Assembly (NCBI RefSeq): GCF_044239095.1
Contig: NZ_JBIICB010000001.1
Location: forward strand, 1-54,874
Source: Aestuariivirga sp.
GTDB taxonomy: Bacteria; Pseudomonadota; Alphaproteobacteria; Rhizobiales; Aestuariivirgaceae
DNA: 54,874 nucleotides
Direction: 5' to 3'
Under the pieces are notes generated by a model. That model was not told the DNA's origin. It searched no databases and worked only from the letters and a program-made list of their open reading frames with translations. Position numbers and translations under genes: made by a program. Numbering within the stretch: position 1 is the stretch's first letter; every line of letters starts with the position of its first letter. This document shows, piece after piece, positions 1-9,206 of the stretch.

Positions 1-18
1 CAAACATCCGGCAGCTTG

Positions 19-71
19 CCCTTCTCCCGTCGCAACGCGATGGGAGAAGGTGGCCGAAGGCCGGATGAGGG
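19..71. repeat. REP-like palindromic element, family B (CCCTTCTCCC...GGGAGAAGG...GATGAGGG)
   Basis: Hairpin ccttctccc/gggagaagg followed by ggccgaaggcc and gatgaggg; related copies at 27322 and 45997. Confidence 0.7.
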
Positions 72-93
72 CCCTGCCGGATTCCCTTGATGG

Positions 94-165
94 CGTCACC
101 CCGGCGAAGGCCGGGGCCCAGCTTCGGACGCCCATAGCTGGATCCCGGCCTTCGCCGGGATGACG
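94..165. repeat. REP doublet, family A (CGTCATCCCGGCGAAGGCCGGGATCCA inverted pair)
   Basis: Inverted pair cgtcaccccggcgaaggccggggcccagct / agctggatcccggccttcgccgggatgacg just after the miaA stop; near-identical copies at 30265, 30598, 30910. Confidence 0.85.
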
Positions 166-168
166 GGT

Positions 169-1029
169 TTATGGGTGCCAGTGCTTCATCTGCCCGCGCC
201 ACCAGGTGCTCTGGCGTTTGATGTATTGGCGGGTGGCGGCTTTGGCGCGGGTGATGGCGTCTTCCAGCGTGATTTCGCCTTTCAGATGGGCAATCAGTTC
301 GGGGAGGCCGATGGCTTTCATCACGGGCAGCATGGGATCGAGGTGCATGAGCGCGCGGGCTTCTTCCAGGGCGCCGGCGGCGATCATGGCGTCGAAGCGG
401 GCGCCGGCGCGGGTGTGGAGGTCGGTGCGGGGGATGTCGAGGAAGATGCGCTCAACCTCGGCACCTTCGAGGGCGGCGCCCTCCTGGCCGTCGCGCTGCC
501 AGTCGAGGAGCGAGCGGCCGGTGGCGTCGATGACTTCGAGGGCGCGGGTGATGCGCTGGCGGTCGGCGGGCTGGAGCCTGGCGGCCATGGCGGGGTCTCG
601 GCGGGCGAGTTCGGCGTGGTGATCGCCCGTGAAGCTGCGCCAGTGTGTGCGCAGCTCCTCCGGGATTGGAGGGACTGGAGCGAGGCCCTGTTCGAGGGCG
701 CGGAAATAGAGGCCGGTGCCGCCGGTGACGATGGGGAGAAGCCCCCTGCTCCATGCCGCCTCGATCTCCCGGTGTGCTTCGGCGGCCCAGGTGGCAACGG
801 AATAGGGCTGTTCTGACGCGACATGGCCATAGAGGCGGTGGGGGACGCGGGCTTCATCTTCGGCTGATGGCCTGGCTGACAGGATGCGGAGGCCGCGGTA
901 GACCTGCAGCGCATCGGCATTGATGATGATGCCGCCCTGCTCCGCGCCAATCTTCAGCGCCAGGGCGGACTTGCCGCTGGCGGTGGGGCCTGCAATAAGC
1001 AGCGCGCGTTTCTGGGGCTCAGCCATCAT
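169..1029 (-). CDS. miaA: tRNA dimethylallyltransferase
   Basis: GPTASGKS P-loop, INADALQVY, GGTGLY, RITRALEV, KRQSTW motifs; start 1029 or 1026. Confidence 0.97.
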   Translation of the reverse strand: MMAEPQKRALLIAGPTASGKSALALKIGAEQGGIIINADALQVYRGLRILSARPSAEDEARVPHRLYGHVASEQPYSVATWAAEAHREIEAAWSRGLLPIVTGGTGLYFRALEQGLAPVPPIPEELRTHWRSFTGDHHAELARRDPAMAARLQPADRQRITRALEVIDATGRSLLDWQRDGQEGAALEGAEVERIFLDIPRTDLHTRAGARFDAMIAAGALEEARALMHLDPMLPVMKAIGLPELIAHLKGEITLEDAITRAKAATRQYIKRQSTWWRGQMKHWHP

Positions 1030-1896
1030 ATGGATTCCGTTCTCGTCCTCATAGCAGCACCAGGCTCGGGCGCAATCGGCGCCCGTGTGGTGGAGATGCT
1101 GCGCGACTTAGGGGGCGAGGCGCCGCACTGGCTGTTTCCGGCTGAGGCCTGCGAGGTGCCGGATTTCGAGCGGCTGGCGGAATTCATGGTCGACATCCGC
1201 ACGCTTCCCATCGATGCCGTCGTGGTCTCGATCCACAACCGGCGCAAGCGGCTGCTGATTGCCGACATGGATTCCACCATGATCGAGCAGGAATGCATCG
1301 ACGAGCTAGGCGACATGGCGGGGGTGGGCGAGCGCATCAAGGCCATTACGCTCAGCGCCATGCGGGGCGAGCTCGACTTCGAAGGGGCACTGACCGAGCG
1401 GGTGCGGCTGCTGGAGGGGCTCGATGCGTCGATCATCGACCGGATCATCCGTGAGCGGATCACCTATATGGCCGGTGGCCGCACGCTGATTGCCACCATG
1501 AAGGCGCATGGGGCCTATGCCGCACTCGTCTCCGGCGGCTTCACGCCCTTCACGGAGCGCGTGGGGCGCTATCTGGGTTTTGATGAGAACCAGGCCAATG
1601 AGCTGATCATTGCGGATGGAAAGCTCACCGGCGAGGTGGGCTATCCGATCCTCGGGCAGCAGGCAAAGGTGGAGGCGCTGAAGCGGATCACCCGGCGGCT
1701 GGGGCTGGAGCCTGCGGATGCCATAGCGGTGGGCGACGGGGCGAATGACCTCTCGATGCTGTCAGAGGCGGGCCTCGGCGTGGCGCTGCACGCCAAGCCC
1801 CATGTGCAGGAAGGCTCGCTGATCCGCATCAACCACGGCGACCTGACGGCCCTGCTCTATCTGCAGGGTTATACGCGGGCGCAGTTCAGCACCTGA
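1030..1896 (+). CDS. serB: Phosphoserine phosphatase
   Basis: HAD motifs DMDST...ECIDE, VSGGF, GDGAND. Confidence 0.96.
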   Translation: MDSVLVLIAAPGSGAIGARVVEMLRDLGGEAPHWLFPAEACEVPDFERLAEFMVDIRTLPIDAVVVSIHNRRKRLLIADMDSTMIEQECIDELGDMAGVGERIKAITLSAMRGELDFEGALTERVRLLEGLDASIIDRIIRERITYMAGGRTLIATMKAHGAYAALVSGGFTPFTERVGRYLGFDENQANELIIADGKLTGEVGYPILGQQAKVEALKRITRRLGLEPADAIAVGDGANDLSMLSEAGLGVALHAKPHVQEGSLIRINHGDLTALLYLQGYTRAQFST

Positions 1897-1929
1897 GACG
1901 CCCAATGCCTGCGCGTTTTGCGCCTTCTG

Positions 1930-2547
1930 CTAACGCGGGCGGACCGCGATGCGCCGGCGAATGCGTGAGAGACTTTCGGGCGTGAGGCCAAGATAGCTTG
2001 CGATCAGGTATTGCGGGACGCGGCGGGCGACTTCGGGGCGGGTTTCGACGAAGATACGATACCGCTCCTCGGGTTGGAGAACCAGCAGGCGGCTGACACG
2101 GCGCTGCGACCCGATGAGGGCCTCTTCCAGCATCAGGCGGCCAAATCTTTCGATCGCGTGATCATGATCGTAACCCGCATTCAACACCGCGCGTGGCAGC
2201 GCAACGATGGAGCTTGTCTCGAGCGCCTCGAAATTCTGCTGTGCTGGAATGCGCTGCAGATAGCTTTCAGCATCCGTCGCGACGATGCCGTCGTCGAAGA
2301 ACTGTCCGGTGCGTTCCTGGCCGCCATCGGCGGGGTCATTGATATAATAGCGCAGCAGGCCCTGATGAACGAAGAACACCTCATCGGCGACCGTGCCGGC
2401 GCGCAGGATGTGTTCACCCTTTTTCACGATGCGATGGCGCGCCCCGCCCTGCAGCCGCGCCAGGGCTGCGGCTCCCGGAACAAGGGGCGCCACGGCCTTG
2501 TGCAAGCGGCGGGAAAAGGCCGCCAACGCAGCCTCCCGGTCTGTCAT
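1930..2547 (-). CDS. Crp/Fnr family transcriptional regulator
   Basis: cNMP-binding-like domain plus C-terminal HTH (IASYLGLTPESLSRIRR); ATG 2547 overlaps the upstream stop (alternative start 2577). Confidence 0.88.
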   Translation of the reverse strand: MTDREAALAAFSRRLHKAVAPLVPGAAALARLQGGARHRIVKKGEHILRAGTVADEVFFVHQGLLRYYINDPADGGQERTGQFFDDGIVATDAESYLQRIPAQQNFEALETSSIVALPRAVLNAGYDHDHAIERFGRLMLEEALIGSQRRVSRLLVLQPEERYRIFVETRPEVARRVPQYLIASYLGLTPESLSRIRRRIAVRPR

Positions 2548-3488
2548 GCTGCCTCTTGCATCCGCCTGTTCCACCACGCCACGGTTTCCGTCAGGGCCTT
2601 GTCCCAGCCCTGACGACCAGCGCCGATCTTTTCATCGAACGCGGAATGGTCAATCACGAAAGGCTGGTCGAACATATATCGCATCTCGACCAGTTCGCCA
2701 GCTGCCGGCTGAAACAGGCCTATGGCGCGCAACAGCCAGGACGGCGTTTGCCGGATGCGGGTGGGTGCTGCGCCATCGGGCAATGCCATGTCGCAGATCT
2801 CACGCAGCGTGACGGGCGGCAGGGCTGGCATGTGCCAGGCTTTGCCCCAGGCGGACGGTTGCTCTGCCAGTGCGGCATAGGCTGCGGCAAGGTCCGGCAG
2901 AAAGGCAAAGCTGTGCGGCGCGTCCGGGTTGCCGGCCCAGTCGACGGTCTTGCCCGACAAAAGCGCGGGCCAGAACCGCTCGCCCAGGGCGCTGACCAAT
3001 ACGCCGGGACCGAAGAAATCAGTGGCCCGTCCGGCCACACATCTGGCCCGGCCCGCTGCGTGGGCTGACAGAAGCTCTTCTGATAGCCGGGCCCTGAGCG
3101 CTCCCTTCCGGGTCGTGGCCGCCAGCGGCAGACCCTCGTGAAGGGTGCCGGCGACACCGTAACCATAGAGGTTTTCGACCACGATCAGCACCGCCCCCGT
3201 GGCATGCGCAGCAGCAAGGGCCGCCTCCTGCAAGGCCGGGAAGGCGGAAACCCATTGGTGATAGGGCGGAGCCGCGCATTGGTAGATGGCCCCGGCCCCC
3301 TGGCACGCCGCAATCGTCTGGTCCGCGTTCGACAGGTCGGCCTTTCGGGTTGCGATGCCCGGCCCGATGCCGCGCCCATCACGGGTGACGACCGTGACGG
3401 CCTTGCCCCTGGAAGCGAGAGTGTTGGCGATGGCGCGGCCCATTGGGCCTGCACCGAGAATGACGGAATGTGTCTCTTCGGTCATCAT
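2544..3488 (-). CDS. NAD-dependent epimerase/dehydratase (atypical SDR)
   Basis: ILGAGPMG Rossmann motif, ENLYGYG, RATDFFGP; GGGAGG RBS before ATG. Confidence 0.88.
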   Translation of the reverse strand: MMTEETHSVILGAGPMGRAIANTLASRGKAVTVVTRDGRGIGPGIATRKADLSNADQTIAACQGAGAIYQCAAPPYHQWVSAFPALQEAALAAAHATGAVLIVVENLYGYGVAGTLHEGLPLAATTRKGALRARLSEELLSAHAAGRARCVAGRATDFFGPGVLVSALGERFWPALLSGKTVDWAGNPDAPHSFAFLPDLAAAYAALAEQPSAWGKAWHMPALPPVTLREICDMALPDGAAPTRIRQTPSWLLRAIGLFQPAAGELVEMRYMFDQPFVIDHSAFDEKIGAGRQGWDKALTETVAWWNRRMQEAA

Positions 3489-3496
3489 CGCCTCCC

Positions 3497-4192
3497 TCAC
3501 GCCTTGCGCCAGATCGTGATGGCCAGGGCTAGCGTCCAGAACTGCCACAGGATGCCGGAGAGCGTGAGCATGACCGGCGACTCGATGCCGACCACCGACA
3601 GAAGCGTGGACAGGAGAAGGACTGCAGCGCCAAGCCCGGCATAGCCGATCACGGTCCAGCCCTGCCGCAAGACCGCAACCGAGATCACGATGGTCCAGAT
3701 TCCGGCGAACAGGCCGACGCCCAGCAGTTCACCAACACCACCGGCATAGGCGTTGAACGCCTCGTAGACGACGGCGATGGCATCCTTCGTGGCGGGTGTG
3801 GCGGCAGGGTCGGTATAGGCCGCCGCCAGACCCGGCATCAGGAACAGCCACCGGACAATGCCAAGCGCCTTGGCAAAGCCTGCCAGGACGCCGAGCGTTA
3901 CGACGGCCCGCCCCATGGCCCCATCCAGGCGCAGCGCATCGCGCAGCAGGATCGCCAGCGGGATCAGCGCCAGTGCGTGGATCAGATAGCTCAAGTAGCC
4001 CGCAAAGACGGCCCCGGATTGATCGAGGATCAGCGGCAGGATGACCGCGGGCGGTTCATCAAGCGAGGCAGGCCAGTTGATTGCCGGGGCAAGGATAAAG
4101 AAAGCCGCCCACATGGTGACGAACTGAATGAGGAGGAGTGCTGCCGTCCGGCGGCGGGCATGTGAGGGAGAGGCGGCGGGTGCAGTGGTCAT
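3497..4192 (-). CDS. DUF4386-like multi-pass membrane protein
   Basis: Several hydrophobic helices; ALGIVRWLFLMP and GVGELLG resemble DUF4386 proteins; AAGGA RBS. Confidence 0.7.
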   Translation of the reverse strand: MTTAPAASPSHARRRTAALLLIQFVTMWAAFFILAPAINWPASLDEPPAVILPLILDQSGAVFAGYLSYLIHALALIPLAILLRDALRLDGAMGRAVVTLGVLAGFAKALGIVRWLFLMPGLAAAYTDPAATPATKDAIAVVYEAFNAYAGGVGELLGVGLFAGIWTIVISVAVLRQGWTVIGYAGLGAAVLLLSTLLSVVGIESPVMLTLSGILWQFWTLALAITIWRKA

Positions 4193-4258
4193 TGATCTGG
4201 TCCTTTTTGACGAGTGTTTGGATCCAGACGAAAATGCCCCCGGGGCGCATGCCAGTCA

Positions 4259-4272
4259 TTGATCCTGGGTAA
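4259..4272. promoter_or_regulatory. Putative Crp/Fnr-type operator TTGAT-CCTG-GGTAA
   Basis: One perfect FNR-like half-site in a 14-bp imperfect palindrome about 70 bp upstream of the operon that encodes the Crp regulator. Confidence 0.35.
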
Positions 4273-4346
4273 GTCCGTGAAGTCTCGCTCTTGCGCCGTG
4301 GCCGGTCTTTTGCGAGCATTCCGGCAAACATGACCGGGAGGGCACA

Positions 4347-5717
4347 ATGGCCGCACAACACCGCAAGATCGTTCTGGACGAAGAGCGCATTCCGAAAAGC
4401 TGGTACAATATCGCAGCGGACCTTCCCGCCATGCCGCCGCCGCCCTTGCACCCCGGTACGCTGCAGCCGGTGGGGCCGGACGATCTTGCCCCCCTCTTCC
4501 CCATGGACCTCATCATGCAGGAGGTGAGCGGCGAGCGTGAGATCGCGATCCCCGAGCCGGTGCGTGACATTTACCGCATGTGGCGGCCGACACCGCTTTA
4601 CCGCGCCTACGGGCTCGAGAAGGCGCTGGGGACGACGGCGAAGATTTACTACAAGTATGAGGGCGTGAGCCCTGCCGGCTCGCACAAGCCCAATACCGCC
4701 GTGCCGCAGGCCTTCTACAACAAGCAGGCAGGCGTGAAGAAGCTGGTGACCGAGACGGGTGCGGGGCAATGGGGTTCGTCGCTGTCGTTTGCGGGCGCGC
4801 TCTTCGATATCGACGTCAAGGTCTACATGGTGAGGATCTCCTTTAATCAGAAGCCCTATCGCCGGGCGCTGATGGAGGCCTATGGTGGGACCTGCGTTGC
4901 CAGCCCGTCGCTCGAGACCAATGCAGGGCGGCAGATTCTTGCCGCCAATCCGGACTCCAACGGCAGCCTCGGCATTGCGATTTCGGAAGCCGTCGAGGTC
5001 GCCGCGACCAATCCCGATACCAAATATGCGCTGGGCAGCGTGCTGAACCACGTGCTGCTGCACCAGACGGTGATCGGCATCGAGGCAATCGAGCAGATGG
5101 AAGAGGCGGGCAGCCAGCCCGACATCATCGTCGGCTGCACGGGTGGTGGTTCCAACTTCGCCGGTCTCACCTTCCCCTTCATCGGGCAGCAGCTTCGGGG
5201 TGGCAAGAAGGTGAAGGTGATCGCGGCGGAACCCGCGGCCTGCCCGTCGCTGACGCGCGGCAGATATGCCTATGACTTCGGCGACACCTCGCACATGACG
5301 CCGCTGGTCAAGATGCACACGCTGGGTTCCACCTTCATGCCGCCGGGCTTCCATGCGGGGGGCCTGCGCTACCATGGCATGGCGCCGATGGTCTCGCACC
5401 TCAAGGAACTGGGGCTGATCGAGGCCGAGGCCTATACGCAGAACGCCTGCTTCGAGGCGGGCGTGCTGTTCGCCAGGACGGAAGGCATCCTGCCCGCGCC
5501 GGAAGCCAACCACGCGGTGCGCGGCGCCATCAACGCCGCCATCAAGGCGAAGGAAGCGGGCACCTCGCCCGTCATCCTGTTCGGGCTGTGCGGGCATGGC
5601 CACTTCGACATGCAGGCTTACATGGACTACCAGTCCGGCAAGCTCGAAGACCGGATGTATGACCAGTCGGCCCTTGACGCATCCCTCGAAGGCCTGCCGA
5701 AGATCGCGGCGGAGTGA
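4347..5717 (+). CDS. trpB2: TrpB2 (type-2 tryptophan synthase beta, PLP-dependent)
   Basis: [11 protein letters not shown] lysine, [29 protein letters not shown]; N-terminal IPKSWYNI; no trpA adjacent. Confidence 0.95.
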   Translation: MAAQHRKIVLDEERIPKSWYNIAADLPAMPPPPLHPGTLQPVGPDDLAPLFPMDLIMQEVSGEREIAIPEPVRDIYRMWRPTPLYRAYGLEKALGTTAKIYYKYEGVSPAGSHKPNTAVPQAFYNKQAGVKKLVTETGAGQWGSSLSFAGALFDIDVKVYMVRISFNQKPYRRALMEAYGGTCVASPSLETNAGRQILAANPDSNGSLGIAISEAVEVAATNPDTKYALGSVLNHVLLHQTVIGIEAIEQMEEAGSQPDIIVGCTGGGSNFAGLTFPFIGQQLRGGKKVKVIAAEPAACPSLTRGRYAYDFGDTSHMTPLVKMHTLGSTFMPPGFHAGGLRYHGMAPMVSHLKELGLIEAEAYTQNACFEAGVLFARTEGILPAPEANHAVRGAINAAIKAKEAGTSPVILFGLCGHGHFDMQAYMDYQSGKLEDRMYDQSALDASLEGLPKIAAE

Positions 5718-6136
5718 GCGGCTACGGCACCTGCAGGCTCGCCATCGCGCAGCTGAAACCCACCGAGGAGGTCGATGCTGCGCATGTCCGGGCGGTTGCC
5801 GCTGACATGGAGCGGGACGGCGTGCAGCGCTGTCCCATCCTCGTCGAGCGGCAGACGATGGCGATCCTCGACGGACACCACCGCTTCCGGGCGGCGCAGA
5901 TGCTGGGACTCGCGGCGATCAACGCCGTGCTGATCGGCTATGACGATCCGCGCCTGACGCTCGCCTCATGGCGTGAGGTGTCCTACAGCCGCGATGACGT
6001 GCTGCAGGCCGCGGCAAGCGGCGCGCTGCTTCCGGCGAAATCGACACGGCATATCCTGAACCCGGCCGTTCAGGATATGCCTGTGCCGCTTGGCGACTTG
6101 TCCCGCGCGCCGGGCGGCGGCCGGCCTATTCCTTGA
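5714..6136 (+). CDS. ParB/Srx-fold protein, SerK/SbnI-like putative serine kinase
   Basis: [28 protein letters not shown] motifs; GTGA overlap with trpB2 stop; no HTH. Confidence 0.8.
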   Translation: MSGYGTCRLAIAQLKPTEEVDAAHVRAVAADMERDGVQRCPILVERQTMAILDGHHRFRAAQMLGLAAINAVLIGYDDPRLTLASWREVSYSRDDVLQAAASGALLPAKSTRHILNPAVQDMPVPLGDLSRAPGGGRPIP

Positions 6137-7673
6137 GTTTCAGCGCGATGAAGCGCATCTCGGCTGCCTTGCCGCCCTTGGCGACCAGCAGCAGGAGCGA
6201 GTTGCGGTTGGCCTTGCGCGCCTCCTCGATGCGGGCTGTGATGTCAGCAGCACCTTGAACGTCCTGCTCGCCCGCCTCAGTAATCACGTCACCGGGCTCG
6301 AGGCGCTTGTCGGCGGCGGGGCCTTCCTTCGCCACTTCGGTGATGACAGCACCCTTGAGGTCCTTGTCGATGCTGAACTGGGTGCGCAGCTCTTCGCTCA
6401 TCGAGGAGAGCGTCATGCCGAGTGCACTGACAACGGCAGGAGCGGCCGTGCCCGGCTGGCTTTCCGGCGTGCCGGCAGCCACCAGCTTCTCGCCATCCTC
6501 CAGGCGGCCGACCTCGGCGGTGACCATTACCTCCTCGCCCTTGCGCAGCAGCTTCACCGGCACCTTGCTGCCGATGGGCGTTTCGGCCACGATCTTGGGC
6601 AGGTCGCGCATGGAGTTCACCGGGCGGCCGTTGAACTCCACCACCACGTCACCCGCCTGGATCCCGGCCTTTTCAGCGGGACCTGTGGCGGTGACGTCTG
6701 CGATCAGCGCGCCACGCGCGCCGTCGAGATTGAGCGATTCCGCGATTTCGTCGGTCACCGCCTGGATCTTGACGCCGAGCCATCCGCGCCGCGTCTCGCC
6801 GAACTCGACGAGCTGGCTGATCACGTTCTTCGCCGTATTGGAGGGCACCGAGAAGCCGATGCCAACCGATCCGCCCGAGGGCGAGAAGATCGCTGTGTTG
6901 ATGCCCATCACCTCGCCACGCAGGTTGAACAGCGGGCCGCCGGAATTACCCTTGTTGATGGCGGCGTCCGTCTGGATGAAATCATCATAGGGACCGGCGT
7001 TGATGTCGCGGTTGCGGGCCGACACGATGCCGAGGGAGACCGAGCCACCGAGGCCGAAGGGGTTGCCGATGGCCATCACCCACTCACCGATGCGCAGCCT
7101 GTCGCTGTCGCCGAAGGAGACCACGGGCAATGGCTTCCCGGGCTTCACCCGGATGACGGCGAGATCCGTCTTGGGGTCGCGGCCCACGAGTTCGGCCTTG
7201 AGCACGGTATCGTCGCTGAACCGCACCTCGATGGTGTCCGCGCCCTCGACCACGTGGTTGTTGGTCACGATGACGCCCGACGCATCGATCACGAAACCGG
7301 AGCCCATGGACGTCATGCGCTGTTGCGGTTCGGCGCCAGGGCCTCGGCGCAGGAAGTCCTCGAAGAAGTCGCGGAACGGGTTGTTGGGATCATCCGGCGC
7401 GGGCTGGCCCTGCCCGCCCTCCGGTGCCTCGGGCGAGGCGCCGGGAGTGGTGGGGCTGCCGTTCCCGGCCTCGATGGTGATCTCGACCACCGCAGGAAGC
7501 AGCCGGTCTGCCAGATCGGCGACCGAGGGCAGTTCCTGAAGTAGCGGCTGGGCGGGCGTCTGGTTGATCGCGGGAGAGTCCGCCGCGGTCTGCGCATTGG
7601 CCGGCGCAAGGCAGAGAAGGCCAATGCCGGCCGCCGCCATGAACCGCGCACTCATTGTCTTTCCGATCATCAT
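6126..7673 (-). CDS. degP: Do/DegP (HtrA) periplasmic serine protease with two PDZ domains
   Basis: TNNHVV, DLAVI, GNSGGPL catalytic triad motifs; signal peptide; start uncertain (7673/7655). Confidence 0.93.
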   Translation of the reverse strand: MMIGKTMSARFMAAAGIGLLCLAPANAQTAADSPAINQTPAQPLLQELPSVADLADRLLPAVVEITIEAGNGSPTTPGASPEAPEGGQGQPAPDDPNNPFRDFFEDFLRRGPGAEPQQRMTSMGSGFVIDASGVIVTNNHVVEGADTIEVRFSDDTVLKAELVGRDPKTDLAVIRVKPGKPLPVVSFGDSDRLRIGEWVMAIGNPFGLGGSVSLGIVSARNRDINAGPYDDFIQTDAAINKGNSGGPLFNLRGEVMGINTAIFSPSGGSVGIGFSVPSNTAKNVISQLVEFGETRRGWLGVKIQAVTDEIAESLNLDGARGALIADVTATGPAEKAGIQAGDVVVEFNGRPVNSMRDLPKIVAETPIGSKVPVKLLRKGEEVMVTAEVGRLEDGEKLVAAGTPESQPGTAAPAVVSALGMTLSSMSEELRTQFSIDKDLKGAVITEVAKEGPAADKRLEPGDVITEAGEQDVQGAADITARIEEARKANRNSLLLLVAKGGKAAEMRFIALKLKE

Positions 7674-8051
7674 CACCCTCTCCGGCTCGCTGTCTAGACA
7701 TACCATACGCAGCCTGCAGCTGAATAGTTTCGGCGCCGCCGGCATGATTGTTGTGAGGTGAGCCGGAACCTAGGCATAAAGAAGGCTGCGAGCCGCCGGC
7801 AAGCCACTGAACTCGATTGCGGAATCCCCTTCTCCCGACGGTATCGTCTTGGTGTTCGGCTTTCCGCTGACGCAGGCCAGTAGTGCGGATCGGGCTCCTG
7901 GTGCGGCGCAAGCCCTGCCCGGCCAATTGCAGGCGATCTCTCACCGCTTGCCCTGTTTTAAACCGCTTCGTTCACGCCAATCTCCCGGGCACAACACTTT
8001 CGCTGGGGTGACGGCAATGATGATGAGGTGTCGAGGGTGGCGGCCGGTGGT

Positions 8052-8249
8052 TTAGGACAGCACCGCGCGCACCAGCCAGACGATTGCTACGCCTGCCGCC
8101 ATCGCGGCGACGCCGCCGATGCGCAACTGATCGTCGGAGAGTTGCTGCATCATCTGCATCATGGCCCTGAGGCGGGACGGGGCCAGCGCATAAAGAAGGC
8201 CCTCGATCACGAAAACGAGACCGAGGGCCGTCAGAAGGCCGGAGATCAT
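8052..8249 (-). CDS. DUF2065 small membrane protein
   Basis: GLVFVIEGLLYALAP...LRIGG; usual position after hflC; ATGA overlap. Confidence 0.9.
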   Translation of the reverse strand: MISGLLTALGLVFVIEGLLYALAPSRLRAMMQMMQQLSDDQLRIGGVAAMAAGVAIVWLVRAVLS

Positions 8250-9187
8250 TGCGCCGGCTGGGCGGGGGCCGGCTCTGCCTGCGGCGAGGGGTTCTGCGCA
8301 TTGGGCGGCGCAAAGTCCTGGGTGCCGAGCTTGCCCTGGCCGCCGAAGTACTTGAAGAACTCGGAGTCAGGGTTCAGCACCATGGTCGTTCCCTGGGTGC
8401 CGAGGCTCTTCGCATAGGCCTGCATGGAGCGGTAGAAGCTGAAGAACTCCGGATCCTGCTCGAAGGCCTCGGCGAAGACGCGGTTGCGCTCGGCGTCGCC
8501 GACACCGCGGACGATTTCCGCTTCCTTCTTGGCAAGCGCCAGCTTTTCGGTGGTGCTGCGATCGGTCTCGGCGTTCATGCGGGTCTTGGTGGCTTCACCC
8601 TGCGAGCGGATGTCCTGGGCCAGCGCCTTGCGCTCGGATTCCATCCGGCGGTAGGTCTGCTCCAGCACGTTCTCCGACAGGTCGGTGCGGCGCACGCGCA
8701 CGTCAACGATCTCGATGCCCAGCGTGTCGGCCTCCTCGCGCAGCGCATCGCGGATCTCGCGCATCATGACGGCGCGGTCAGACGAGAGTGCGGCATCGAA
8801 GGAGCGGCGGCCATAGGTCTGGCGCAGCGCCGCATCAAGGCGGGCAGCAACGCGGGCTTCGGCCTGCAGCAGGTCGGCGCCGAGCGTTTCACGGAACAGG
8901 CGCGCGTCCTTGATGCGGGCGAGCGTGATCGCGTCCACGATATAGACCTGCGAGGCCACGTCCTGCACCGGGCGGTCGTTGTTCTCCCAGATGATGATGC
9001 GGTCTTCGATATTGGTCACCCTGTCGACGAAGGGCAGCTTGAAATAGAGGCCCGGCTCTTCGACCACGCGGTTGATATCGCCGAAGCGCAGGACCAGCGC
9101 CTTGTGCTTCTCATCAACCACGAAGTACGAGAGGTAAACCAGCAGAGCGATCGCGCCGGCCAGAAATCCGAGAATGGTCTTCAACAT
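8246..9187 (-). CDS. hflC: FtsH protease modulator HflC
   Basis: SPFH domain, EPGLYFKLP, RMESER, DPEFFSFYRSMQAY. Confidence 0.95.
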   Translation of the reverse strand: MLKTILGFLAGAIALLVYLSYFVVDEKHKALVLRFGDINRVVEEPGLYFKLPFVDRVTNIEDRIIIWENNDRPVQDVASQVYIVDAITLARIKDARLFRETLGADLLQAEARVAARLDAALRQTYGRRSFDAALSSDRAVMMREIRDALREEADTLGIEIVDVRVRRTDLSENVLEQTYRRMESERKALAQDIRSQGEATKTRMNAETDRSTTEKLALAKKEAEIVRGVGDAERNRVFAEAFEQDPEFFSFYRSMQAYAKSLGTQGTTMVLNPDSEFFKYFGGQGKLGTQDFAPPNAQNPSPQAEPAPAQPAQ

Positions 9188-9206
9188 GATGTTCTTCCTT
9201 TCCCGG

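Noticed and set aside
5714-6136. Chromosome/plasmid partitioning ParB
   Set aside because: No HTH or dimerisation domain, no parA, DGHHR rather than the GERRxRA CTPase motif, and a SerK-like C-terminus
4059-7544. Long ORFs 4059..5603 (-) and 6090..7544 (+)
   Set aside because: Antisense shadows of trpB2 and degP, expected in high-GC DNA; no recognisable motifs
7680-8051. About 370-bp gap upstream of degP as an sRNA or ECF promoter (GAAAC-N17-CGTAT)
   Set aside because: The match is weak and I saw no convincing hairpin or terminator; not supportable from sequence alone
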